The translations under genes were made by a program, and so were the position numbers. A stretch of DNA of 64,000 nt from positions 62,001 through 126,000 of the IMG/VR virus record IMGVR_UViG_3300027759_006101, one strand, 5' to 3'. This document shows, piece after piece, positions 28,488 through 38,078 of the stretch. Position 1 is the stretch's first letter. Every line of letters begins with the position of its first letter. The notes below the pieces were generated by a model. It searched no databases. It had not been told where the DNA came from and saw nothing but the letters and a program-made list of their open reading frames with translations.

Positions 28488-29705
28488 TTAGTCTAACATT
28501 TCTTTTGCTGCAATATCAAAAGTAATTCCACCATCATCGTCATCGTCATCGATATCAATGTCGTCAGAAGATGGGCCTTTACTAATTGCTTCAACAAGAT
28601 CGGTAAGTGGTTTTCCAACTACTTTCAAGCGACCACAGATAAATTCAAATGCTGTAGTAGAATTATCATTACGAGTGCGCTTTTCAGGAGCTGGTTGAGT
28701 CATCAAAAGTTTACAGAATTCATATGCATCTTTAGATTCAATTACTTCTCCAGTGTCAATGTTCGTGTAAATAAACTTCTTACGAACCTCTTTGACGTAT
28801 TCAAATCCCTTAGCCTTAGCCTTATAGAGAAATTCATCAACAGGATTAGTAGTTTCATCATCAGTGAACATAATCTTGAATTCACCAGTGACACCAGGCT
28901 GACCATATCGAGTCTTCATAACAAGAACTTTGCTCTTGCCACCAATTACGACATCTTTACCTTCTGCATCTTTCTTGGTAACTTGTCCAGCAGCCCCATT
29001 AATCTTATTGATCCACAGACGCATATGAGTAAAGTAGTTCATAGCATTACCGCCAGAAGCAGTTTTTGCCATTGTCCCAGGCATTACTCCAGCACCCATA
29101 TAGAGCTGATTGATAAGTACAACAATAGTGCCCGATGCAGCAGTTTTAGCAGTTAAATCTTTGGTTAATCTTTTTACAAATCGTGCATGTAGTCCAATAG
29201 TCTGAACTTGCTCCATAGATTTTACTAATTCGTCATTTGGTATCATTGCTGAAATAGAGTCAACAATAATGACAGAATAGTCTCCTGTCTCAACCATAAA
29301 TTTGAGCAATTCACCATATTTTTCTGCGGATCCAACATTTTCAACAAGCAAAAGTTGAGCAGTGTTGACACCACAAGATAAAGCACGTAAAGGATAATAT
29401 GAATTCTCAACATTGAAGAAAGCACACTTCTTACCCAATTTTTGAGCTTCAGCAATTAACTTGTAACCAAGCCAAGTTTTGCCAGATTGTGATTCACCAC
29501 AAAATTCAATCAATGTACCAGCAGGAATTCCCATACCTGCACCAAGGATTGAATCAACTTCAAAAACACCTGTAGGAATAAATTCAATATTCTCTACATC
29601 ACCAGACTTAACACACTTCTCGTCAATTCCAAGTGCTTTAAGTTTTTGCTTTAGTAAACGCTCTTGATCTTTATCAATAGCTTCGTTTAGTTCTTTTCTA
29701 GCCAT
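28488..29705 (-). CDS. recA: RecA/UvsX recombinase
   Basis: IPTG...DSILG, GESQSGKT, IIVDSISAM, VVLINQ, SGGNAMNYF. Confidence 0.93.
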   Translation of the reverse strand: MARKELNEAIDKDQERLLKQKLKALGIDEKCVKSGDVENIEFIPTGVFEVDSILGAGMGIPAGTLIEFCGESQSGKTWLGYKLIAEAQKLGKKCAFFNVENSYYPLRALSCGVNTAQLLLVENVGSAEKYGELLKFMVETGDYSVIIVDSISAMIPNDELVKSMEQVQTIGLHARFVKRLTKDLTAKTAASGTIVVLINQLYMGAGVMPGTMAKTASGGNAMNYFTHMRLWINKINGAAGQVTKKDAEGKDVVIGGKSKVLVMKTRYGQPGVTGEFKIMFTDDETTNPVDEFLYKAKAKGFEYVKEVRKKFIYTNIDTGEVIESKDAYEFCKLLMTQPAPEKRTRNDNSTTAFEFICGRLKVVGKPLTDLVEAISKGPSSDDIDIDDDDDDGGITFDIAAKEMLD

Positions 29706-29716
29706 GATTTATCCTC

Positions 29717-29745
29717 AAAAAGGGATGGAATAAATCCATCCCTTT
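29717..29745. terminator. Hairpin between the ssb-like gene and recA, abutting the recA RBS
   Basis: AAAAGGGATGGA-N5-TCCATCCCTTTT. On the minus strand it is followed immediately by GAGGATAAATC-ATG. Confidence 0.7.
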
Positions 29746-29751
29746 TATCAA

Positions 29752-30735
29752 TTACTTAGTGCCCATCCAACCTAATGACAATTCATCATCAGAATCATCA
29801 TCATTTTCATCCTCATCAAAGACAGGTTTTGACACAGGCTTTTTCTTAGGCTCAGGAGCAGGAACTGACACTTCATCTTGATCTTCATCCACAGCAACAG
29901 GTGGTTTTACAGAGTAAGAAGATTTTACTGGAGCTTCAGGAACTTCAATATTTTCACCACGAGGAGGTGTAAATTTGAAAATCCTATCTAATGGATAACC
30001 ATAAGCAAAGAAATCTTCCCACTTTGGCATATTAGAATCATTCTTCCTATCTGCCTCGTAACCAAGACGCTCACGCTCTAAATCAGCAACTGAAGGTTCG
30101 CCTGCTTTACGTAAAAGCTCAACCATCTCATCAGTGATATAAGTTGGTTTACCCTCAAAATATAGAGTGTAATCAACAGAAAGAGGAGGCTCTTTGCCAG
30201 TAGCAGCAGCAGTAATCTTTACACAAGGAGAATTTCGGGTGCCATAATGACGGCCATCACCATCTTCATTTTCCTGATCTTCGTAATTCTGAATGGTTTG
30301 TTCAGCAACACGATTGAAGATGCTCTTACCTTTCTTGAGAATCTTAACTTCCCAGGTACCATCTTCTTGCTTTTCAAGAACATTCTGAGCATATTGAACA
30401 TTTCCAATATAACCCATTTTCTTCCAAGGACATTGAGAAACGTCATCGTTGCCAATTCGATTGAATGACTTGTTAAGATGAGCATCTGGAAATGGAATCT
30501 TCATAGTCTTTCCACGAAGTGAAGGATCATTGCCTGGGTTTGGAACATACACTTTATCAGTATATTCGATGAACATATAAGGGTCGCCAATGAGCTTTAG
30601 ACGGCGAACAACCTTAGGTGAATCTTTGACTGAAAGATTTACAAGAATATCTTGCAAACGAGGAAATGAGTTGCGAGGTGCAGAGCTGGCTGCTTGTTGT
30701 GCAACCATCTGAGATGCTGAAACACGTTTAATCAT
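29752..30735 (-). CDS. Phage single-stranded DNA-binding protein (gp32-like)
   Basis: CPW...QYAQNV...VKIL..GKSIF core and acidic C-terminal tail (DEDENDDDSDDE...W), next to recA. GGAG RBS supports the start at 30735. Confidence 0.55.
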   Translation of the reverse strand: MIKRVSASQMVAQQAASSAPRNSFPRLQDILVNLSVKDSPKVVRRLKLIGDPYMFIEYTDKVYVPNPGNDPSLRGKTMKIPFPDAHLNKSFNRIGNDDVSQCPWKKMGYIGNVQYAQNVLEKQEDGTWEVKILKKGKSIFNRVAEQTIQNYEDQENEDGDGRHYGTRNSPCVKITAAATGKEPPLSVDYTLYFEGKPTYITDEMVELLRKAGEPSVADLERERLGYEADRKNDSNMPKWEDFFAYGYPLDRIFKFTPPRGENIEVPEAPVKSSYSVKPPVAVDEDQDEVSVPAPEPKKKPVSKPVFDEDENDDDSDDELSLGWMGTK

Positions 30736-30819
30736 AATTTTCTCCAATTGGGCTCTTCCGTCCCACACTTATAAGTTTACTTTGAATTTTTGGCTTTAGC
30801 AATAAGATTTTCAAAAAAA

Positions 30820-31596
30820 TTAAATTCTTGAATTTCTAGTCCGAACTGTAGCCTGATTCCTATTTATAGGAGTTTTATCTTTCGAAAAAAGATTGGACAT
30901 ACCCTCTTGATTGAAGGAATGATTGATTCTTGAAAGCGCTTGATGCTCTCGTAAAATTCTGTCCATTTGACTTGCTGCAAATTCAATATTTTTTAGATAA
31001 TGCTCCAAATATGTTAGCAGCCTTTTGGAGTTTGTCATCGGAATGACAAATGGGTGAACAGTGAAAGCAGCATTTGCTTCTTTATCTTTCGCTGTTCCTG
31101 ATGATAATCTGATAGCCATTTCTCTAAGATTTTTATGTGCTTGAGAAATCATTTCATAATGTGCATAAACTACAGAAATTATTTCTGTCAATCTGTTTCT
31201 ATATTGAACTTGTAATGCATATGAAGCAGAAAATGATTCAAAATCATAGTCATCTTTAGTAGGAATTGCAATATCCCATTTTCTAACTTCATTTCTAATC
31301 TCAAGTTCATCATAAATTGGCAAAAGACTAATAGCATCTTGCCAATTTTGCACTTCTTTAGCAAAACTTTCTTCGCTAATACCTTTGAGACGACTAACTA
31401 AATCTTTGGAAAAGTTAGGATCTTGCCAGGAAATACTTTCTGGCATAGGAGCCCAATCTAAATTAGCTACAAGGATAGAATTTTCTTCATCATATCCCTC
31501 TTCGCCCTCAGACTTAATGACAAAATCTTCATTGGCGTAGTCTGCATAATCATCAAAATCTAAATCTTCCATAGCATCCTCAATCGAATAATTCAT
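30820..31596 (-). CDS. Hypothetical helical protein, possible UvsY-like recombination mediator
   Basis: Long amphipathic helices with the SGTAKDKEANA motif. Position next to the ssb-like gene and recA. Confidence 0.35.
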   Translation of the reverse strand: MNYSIEDAMEDLDFDDYADYANEDFVIKSEGEEGYDEENSILVANLDWAPMPESISWQDPNFSKDLVSRLKGISEESFAKEVQNWQDAISLLPIYDELEIRNEVRKWDIAIPTKDDYDFESFSASYALQVQYRNRLTEIISVVYAHYEMISQAHKNLREMAIRLSSGTAKDKEANAAFTVHPFVIPMTNSKRLLTYLEHYLKNIEFAASQMDRILREHQALSRINHSFNQEGMSNLFSKDKTPINRNQATVRTRNSRI

Positions 31597-34500
31597 CGCT
31601 CAAAAGGTGATTGGAAACTCTTGCAGTGTTTAATTGTTTCTTTTCACCACTTACAATACTATCATAGGACATTGAGTTTTTTTCAGCAAGTTTTCTTAAT
31701 CTTAAGGCTTGTTTTTCCTCACGAGATCTATCTAAAACTAACTGGTCCCAATGTAAAAGAAAATCTTCTACATACTCAAATTCATCAGCATCAGGCAAAC
31801 AGCACAAAGCATTAGCTTCAGCTAGTGCAGCAACAGTGCCTCTATTAGGTCTTGCTCTGTAACAAAAATCTTTAATGTCTTCATAAGGCTGGCTTTCAAC
31901 AATTTCAACTGATCTTGTTCCAACTCCTTTGATAGTCGATAATGGAAGTAAAATTTCACCTTTTTTATTGACACTTGTCTCAACACCAGACTCATTAATG
32001 TTTGGGTTTTTGATAGGTATTCTTTCCATATCGCATTCTCTTCTTAAGACTGCAACTTTATCTTCATCAAGCCTATCAATTTGTATACAAGCAGCAAGCC
32101 ACTCAGAAGGGTAATAATTACGCAAATAAGCTGTGTAGTATGATAAAAGTGCATATGAGCAAGCGTGTGACCTATTGAAAGCATATCCTCCGAATTTTGC
32201 CATCAATGCAAGAACTTCATCAATCACTTCTTTAGATATTCCGTTTTCAGCACTTTTAGAAGCAAATAAACTACAAACCTCATCAAAATCCTTGCCAGAT
32301 TTTTTAGAAATAGCTTTGCGTAATTTGTCTACTTGCTGCCAAGTAAAGCCTGCCATATCACGAGCCAAAAACATTGCTTGCTCCTGATACACCATAATTC
32401 CGTATGTCACTGAAAGATGTTTTTCAATAATGGGATGAGCATATTGAATTGTTTCAGGATGCCTTTTACCTTCAGCATACTGTGGAATATAATCCATAGG
32501 ACCTGGACGATAAAGTGCTGCAACAGCAATTAAATCTTCAACACTAGAGGCATTGACATCTCGTAAAGCTTGTTGCATTCCTTTAGAAGCAAATTGAAAA
32601 ACTGAAGCTGTTTTACCTTTCGCATAAATATTCTTGAAAATCTTCTGGTCATCAAGATTTATTTTTTTGAAATCGATTTCTTTATTGTGAAGTCGTTTGA
32701 TATGTTGCAAACACAAAGAAACTTGCTGGAATGCTGCTAAGCCCAAAAAGTCATATTTTACAAGGCCTACACGTTCTACATTCTTCATATCGTATGCAGA
32801 ACACAAGTTGCCTTTTGAGTTTTCGATAGGTGCGTGATAAGAAATTGGTTCTGAAGATACAAGCACTCCAGAAGCGTGGACACCAAAGTTAGAAATAGTT
32901 CCAACTAAATGAATTGCATTATCAATTTCAGGTTTCCATTTCCTGTAGTACATCTTGAAATCTTCATTTTCAATAAGAGTATCTTCAATAGTAGAGCCTG
33001 GTTTTTTAGAAATCAATGCAGAGATATTTAGTGCCTGGTTATGAAAATCATCAGGATATTTTGCCTGAAATCTTTCGGATGATTTTAGACAACCAACAAC
33101 AGCGGCTTTTGCACCATATCTTCCCCAAGTACCAATTTGCGCAACGTGGTCATCACCAAAACGGTCTTTGGTCCAATCAATAACTTCTGAACGCCTAGAA
33201 TCGTCAATATCTGTATCAACGTCAGGAAGAGCAGCAACTTTAGAGACAATTAAACCAGACTCAGGCTTTTCATCAGTTATTCCTAATATATGAGCGGTCC
33301 AAAGTTGTGATTCATTCGTTTGGGTTTTTATGCCTAATTTAGCTAAACCATAAATATACGAAGACAAGCCTTGATTCTCTAATACCCACAATTCTTTTTC
33401 GATATCAGGTTCATACTTTTGATATTGCGGAAAATGCTCAAGCCACTTTTGAGTGTACTTCTTGAGTTTTTTAGTGTATGGAATTTGTTCTTGATCACCA
33501 TATTCAGAAAGAAATTGTGAATGTGGGAACTCAGAAATATCAATCTTGTATTGAGTGCCTCTTCCAGGATTCAAAAAACGTTCAAACATCAAGTTCCAGC
33601 GAACAGGATCTACATTGCAAACTTCAAGACAAAAGTTCACTAAAGAACCTACCCCAGAACCACGAATTCCAAAGTGAATATTCTTTTGTTTTAAGAATTC
33701 AACCATTTCTCTTTGAATTAAAAAATAGTCTGTAACACCCATATACCAAATTTGTTTAAGTTCATAATTCAAACGTTCAAGATATGTTCTATTAAATAGA
33801 CCGGCAGCTTTCAAACCATTCAAGCACAAGTAAGCAAGATACGCCTCATTATCTTTATGATAAGGAAGCTTTGAATTCTTAAATGCAGCAAATTCTGGAT
33901 TAGTGACTGGTACTTTTGCCGATGGTAATAAGTGAGGTACATCAAGCTTGAAAAAATCTTCCACCATCTCTGATATAAGTACAGAATTCTTCAAAGCTTC
34001 AGGAACTTGAGCACCAAATATTTTATGCATTTCATCATAAGACTTCAGATAAAATTGATGGCTGCCGTAAGCTTCTTTCTTACCGCCACCTTTTCTGTCA
34101 GTCCTAGAGTCACGTTGATCCCTCATTTGAATTAAGACATCGTGAATAGTCCAGTCTAATTTATCTAAATAATGAACATCATTTGAAGCGACCAATGGCA
34201 CATCAAACTTTTTAGCAACATTAAGTAAATGCTGCATATTGTGTTTTTGTTCTTCTATTCCATGATATTGAAGTTCAACAAAATATCTATTGCCAAAAAC
34301 ATTCTTGAAACGTGACGCAATTTTATTTGACTGTTCTAAATCTTCCTTGATTATAGATTGATTAAGTTCAGATGCTAAGCAGCCAGATAAAGCAATCACA
34401 CCTTCACTATGCTTTTCGATGCATCCCCAGTCTACACGAGGAGAGTAATGAAAAGCATCAGGATCATTACCAATAGCAGATAACGCTAATAAATTTTTAT

Positions 34501-34819
34501 ATCCTGTTTCATTTTGAGCAAGAAGGGTTAGGTGATTGAGTTTCTTTCGACGACCATCTTCTGTCTTGCTTTTATCAAAACGATCTTCACAAGTGTAAAC
34601 CTCAATTCCAACAATTGGTTTGATAGTTTCGTAGTCACATTTAACACGGCAAGCTTCAACAAATTCTACTGCTCCACCAAGTTTTCCGTGGTCAGTAATT
34701 GCAGTAGCTCTAAAGCCCATTTCTCGTGCTTTAAGGGCGTATTTAGCAGGAGTAGGAAGTGCGTCTTGTATTGAAAAATGTGTGTGTGCGTGAAGATGCA
34801 CAAAATCTTTATTACTCAT
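31580..34819 (-). CDS. dnaE: DNA polymerase III alpha subunit
   Basis: PHP domain (HLHAHTHFS, TDHG, SNDVHY), FERFLNP, LPDVDTD, HASGV, KYDFLGL, YQEQ, YAFNRSHA, HhH IKGVG. Start moved to MSNKDF (34819). Confidence 0.95.
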   Translation of the reverse strand: MSNKDFVHLHAHTHFSIQDALPTPAKYALKAREMGFRATAITDHGKLGGAVEFVEACRVKCDYETIKPIVGIEVYTCEDRFDKSKTEDGRRKKLNHLTLLAQNETGYKNLLALSAIGNDPDAFHYSPRVDWGCIEKHSEGVIALSGCLASELNQSIIKEDLEQSNKIASRFKNVFGNRYFVELQYHGIEEQKHNMQHLLNVAKKFDVPLVASNDVHYLDKLDWTIHDVLIQMRDQRDSRTDRKGGGKKEAYGSHQFYLKSYDEMHKIFGAQVPEALKNSVLISEMVEDFFKLDVPHLLPSAKVPVTNPEFAAFKNSKLPYHKDNEAYLAYLCLNGLKAAGLFNRTYLERLNYELKQIWYMGVTDYFLIQREMVEFLKQKNIHFGIRGSGVGSLVNFCLEVCNVDPVRWNLMFERFLNPGRGTQYKIDISEFPHSQFLSEYGDQEQIPYTKKLKKYTQKWLEHFPQYQKYEPDIEKELWVLENQGLSSYIYGLAKLGIKTQTNESQLWTAHILGITDEKPESGLIVSKVAALPDVDTDIDDSRRSEVIDWTKDRFGDDHVAQIGTWGRYGAKAAVVGCLKSSERFQAKYPDDFHNQALNISALISKKPGSTIEDTLIENEDFKMYYRKWKPEIDNAIHLVGTISNFGVHASGVLVSSEPISYHAPIENSKGNLCSAYDMKNVERVGLVKYDFLGLAAFQQVSLCLQHIKRLHNKEIDFKKINLDDQKIFKNIYAKGKTASVFQFASKGMQQALRDVNASSVEDLIAVAALYRPGPMDYIPQYAEGKRHPETIQYAHPIIEKHLSVTYGIMVYQEQAMFLARDMAGFTWQQVDKLRKAISKKSGKDFDEVCSLFASKSAENGISKEVIDEVLALMAKFGGYAFNRSHACSYALLSYYTAYLRNYYPSEWLAACIQIDRLDEDKVAVLRRECDMERIPIKNPNINESGVETSVNKKGEILLPLSTIKGVGTRSVEIVESQPYEDIKDFCYRARPNRGTVAALAEANALCCLPDADEFEYVEDFLLHWDQLVLDRSREEKQALRLRKLAEKNSMSYDSIVSGEKKQLNTARVSNHLLSDELFD

Positions 34820-34860
34820 AACAATCCATTCTATAAGCGCCGTCAAAGACAGTCATTCAC

Positions 34861-35679
34861 TTATACGTAAGAGGACATCGTTTTATTATTATCAGATGTC
34901 AAACATCCATTTTTTGTATCATACTTCTTCTTGCTTAAATTGGCAAGAATACACTTATCAATTTCCCTCAGACATTTAGGCCTATACTTAAAAGGCAATC
35001 TATCCAGTCCATACAAATGGTAAGAATTGGGTATTTGCTTTATCAGTAAAAAACCATCTTCTTTTTTTATAATGCGAAGATTATACGGATGATTGTCATT
35101 AATAATTATTTTTGTAAGATTTTCTCTTTTTTGATCAAAAGACAATATTTCATAATTTTTCTTAGTCTTTACTAAGTTGCAATTATTCAAAGCATTCCTG
35201 ATTGAAGATTCACTAATATATAAAAATTTTTCTAATGAACTAATACTAATGGGAGAATCATTTTCATATCTAGCGGCAAAAATTGAAATGTAAAGCTCTT
35301 TGACATTTTTGGTACTAAAACCATCAATTACCGACAATGGGATTGCTACAGGTTTAGACCTAGTTACATTCGGATTTAGTCTGGATACTATTTTAGAAAT
35401 AGAAAAAAGACAAATCTTTTTATTTCTGATTTGTCCGTGAGGTTTTGTCCAATATAAATCTATTCCTAGTTTAAGTTTTTCATAAACAAACTTTGACTTA
35501 TAATTGAAAAGTTTTGTGCAGATATTAAGTAATTCCTTAACTTCAATTATGCCAGAACCATTGATATCAACTAATTTTGCAACATTCCAAATAGTAAAAA
35601 TATCGCACTCATTCTGTTTGATAATTTCTGGCAATAACTCAGGATTTACTATAAATGTTTTCTTAATCATCTTCTGCAA
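34861..35679 (-). CDS. Hypothetical protein, possibly winged-helix DNA-binding
   Basis: 272 aa, basic. SPISISSLEKFLYISESSIRNAL is HTH-like. Confidence 0.45.
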   Translation of the reverse strand: MQKMIKKTFIVNPELLPEIIKQNECDIFTIWNVAKLVDINGSGIIEVKELLNICTKLFNYKSKFVYEKLKLGIDLYWTKPHGQIRNKKICLFSISKIVSRLNPNVTRSKPVAIPLSVIDGFSTKNVKELYISIFAARYENDSPISISSLEKFLYISESSIRNALNNCNLVKTKKNYEILSFDQKRENLTKIIINDNHPYNLRIIKKEDGFLLIKQIPNSYHLYGLDRLPFKYRPKCLREIDKCILANLSKKKYDTKNGCLTSDNNKTMSSYV

Positions 35680-35890
35680 ATTTTTCTAATTCTCGATTTA
35701 TACCAGAAGTTAATATATATTTATAAATTGATTCTTCAGTTAAATCTGGGAATGCTGTTATCATTATTTGCCTTAATAGTAACATTTTTTTAGCAGCAGA
35801 ACCAGTCAAAATTAAATTGACCGCAACTTCATCAGAAATATCTTTTAGTGATTCTTTAATTTGATTAAGATTGAAATTTGGTTTTAGCAT
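35663..35890 (-). CDS. Hypothetical protein
   Basis: 75-aa ORF overlapping both neighbours. Confidence 0.5.
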   Translation of the reverse strand: MLKPNFNLNQIKESLKDISDEVAVNLILTGSAAKKMLLLRQIMITAFPDLTEESIYKYILTSGINRELEKFAEDD

Positions 35891-36522
35891 AATTTTAACT
35901 CTTTCGCTTTTTCAGATGACAAATTATTAAACTTCTTCCATTCATTACGAATTTTAGTATAATTTTTTTCAATGATTAGTTTATCCATCATTTTATAATA
36001 ATCTTCTGTCCAAGATAATATATCAGAATTAAAATTAAACTTTCTTTCAAACAGTTTTATCTTTTCAGCCATCAAAACTAAAAAATTACCTTCATCCATA
36101 CCACCAGGAAAATTATCAGAATTTTCGTTTCTTACTAAATAAGTTTTTATGGAATCTGAAAGTTCATTGACTAAAGACTTGAGCTCTAAATCAGAAGTTT
36201 CTACATCTAATTTAGCAAAGACAGAAATCTTTTGTATTGCCTCAATGAAGTTAAGATTCTCAACTTCTTGAACTAAACTTATTAAGTCACCCTTAGCATT
36301 ACATCCAAAGCAGTTGTAATTGTTGTCTTTTATGTTAACACCAAAAGATGGGCTTGAATCTTCGTGATTTGGCAAAGGGCAATTAGTATTAGCCCAGTCA
36401 CTACCATTTGAAAAGCTAAATTCACTCCCATAACAATCTTCCATAAACTCAACAATATTTGTGTTTTTGTTGAGTTTATCAATAAAAGAGCGAGTAATTT
36501 TTTCTTTCAAGACAGCATCCAA
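35884..36522 (-). CDS. Stand-alone CHC2 zinc-binding domain of primase plus helical C-terminus
   Basis: CPLPNHEDSSPSF....YNCFGC...GDLISLVQEVENLNFIEAIQKI. Confidence 0.85.
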   Translation of the reverse strand: MDAVLKEKITRSFIDKLNKNTNIVEFMEDCYGSEFSFSNGSDWANTNCPLPNHEDSSPSFGVNIKDNNYNCFGCNAKGDLISLVQEVENLNFIEAIQKISVFAKLDVETSDLELKSLVNELSDSIKTYLVRNENSDNFPGGMDEGNFLVLMAEKIKLFERKFNFNSDILSWTEDYYKMMDKLIIEKNYTKIRNEWKKFNNLSSEKAKELKLC

Positions 36523-38078
36523 TCTGAAACATCTAATTCTTCATCATTAGACATATCTATCTTCGCAATTTCTTCTTCGTCTATTTCTTTATTGTCAAAC
36601 ATTTCTTCAGAGTTGAAAGCATTAGTTTTGTCTTTGATTGGTGTTTTATCACTTGTTTCCTTGACTATTTTATTGCCTGTAGCTACTCCGTGAAGTCCCA
36701 TAATCTGCTGTTGTTCTTCTTCGTCAATTTCTTCAACTTTGTTGAATATACTATTGAGTCTGACAGGAAATGGATGAAACCAAGCATCACGCATTTTTAC
36801 AGGATGTAATACACAATAGCCTAAATCACGATTAGGCTCCATAGCGATAGCATAAGTACAAAGGTGCATCAAATTTTGACCACCTGAAGCTGCTGCTTGA
36901 TCATAACTCATAAACTTATTTGCGTCTTTAGATTTTCTAGAGTCACGAATAGTTTCTCTGTTAATCTGCTGTGCTGTAATTACTGGAATGTTATATCTTT
37001 TAGCAAGCAAGAATAATCCCTGAACAGCTTTTGATTGATTTTCCCAATCTTTTGAGCCATTAGGTGCATTTCTTACAGTCATATTTCCAATATAGTCAAC
37101 CACTAAAAGATCTGGTTTACCTTTTGTAGCAATAAGTTCTCGAATTTTTGAATCAATATAATCTGGAGTAGGATCTTCCATATTGACATCATATTCAAAA
37201 TATGGTCCTTGCTCTTGTTTTTTCAAGCCTTCTATAATTGTTTTAAGCTCGTCTTTTGATAAATTTGTACCTTTGATTTGATCATAAGGAATTTCAAAAC
37301 TCAATGCTATATGGCGTAACATACAAAGCCAAGCATTCATTTCAAAGGACATATATAGAACTTTTTTCCCACAAATCTTATTAGCGTGTAAAGCTGAATT
37401 AAGCATCATCACGGATTTACCTCCAGATGATGGCGCAAGAAAAACTACAATCTGTCCAGGCATCCATCCAAAAGTTTTATTGTCTATATTGGAAATGCCA
37501 CAATTGATACCCTTAAATAATTCAGGACTGTTAAGTCTCTTATTGTATTCATTTTCAAAGAATGTACTAGATTCAGTAACGTCAAAACTTTGCTTTTCGT
37601 TTACATAATCTAACAATTCATTATTGATCGATGCTAAACTGTTTTCGATAACATTAATAGCTTCTTTGATAGTATTGGTTTTAAGTTTACTAGCACTCTC
37701 TTGCAGTGAGCTTGAAAATATTTTTAAAGCTTGTCTATTTTTAAGTTGACTAGTAATTTCATAAAAATTATTTTCGTCTACATCGCAATCTTCTAGCAAT
37801 GACCACAAAGAAAAAAACTTCTTCCTATGACCAGACGGAATTTTCTTAGAATCAAGTGTGGACTCTAAGACTAAATCAGTAAATAAAGAATTGCTTACTT
37901 TCCAATAATCCATAATAAATGTGAATAATTGCTTAGAGTAAGAAATTATGTCACCATCTGCTTGAAATTCAAAATGCTCATCAGTTATATTTTTTGAAAG
38001 CAAACTTTCCATACACTTGAAGCTTTTAGTAATAGAGGCTAAGCAGTAAATTTCTAAATTTTTATTATCTAATTTCAT
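36507..38078 (-). CDS. dnaB: Replicative helicase DnaB-like
   Basis: GISNID..TFG, APSSGGKS Walker A, LYMSFEM, LLVVDYI, ITAQQINR. Confidence 0.88.
   Translation of the reverse strand: MKLDNKNLEIYCLASITKSFKCMESLLSKNITDEHFEFQADGDIISYSKQLFTFIMDYWKVSNSLFTDLVLESTLDSKKIPSGHRKKFFSLWSLLEDCDVDENNFYEITSQLKNRQALKIFSSSLQESASKLKTNTIKEAINVIENSLASINNELLDYVNEKQSFDVTESSTFFENEYNKRLNSPELFKGINCGISNIDNKTFGWMPGQIVVFLAPSSGGKSVMMLNSALHANKICGKKVLYMSFEMNAWLCMLRHIALSFEIPYDQIKGTNLSKDELKTIIEGLKKQEQGPYFEYDVNMEDPTPDYIDSKIRELIATKGKPDLLVVDYIGNMTVRNAPNGSKDWENQSKAVQGLFLLAKRYNIPVITAQQINRETIRDSRKSKDANKFMSYDQAAASGGQNLMHLCTYAIAMEPNRDLGYCVLHPVKMRDAWFHPFPVRLNSIFNKVEEIDEEEQQQIMGLHGVATGNKIVKETSDKTPIKDKTNAFNSEEMFDNKEIDEEEIAKIDMSNDEELDVSDWMLS

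Noticed and set aside
33230-33556. Intein in DnaE
   Set aside because: No N-terminal C/S block, no terminal HN followed by C/S/T, and no LAGLIDADG motifs. The insert resembles DnaE itself.
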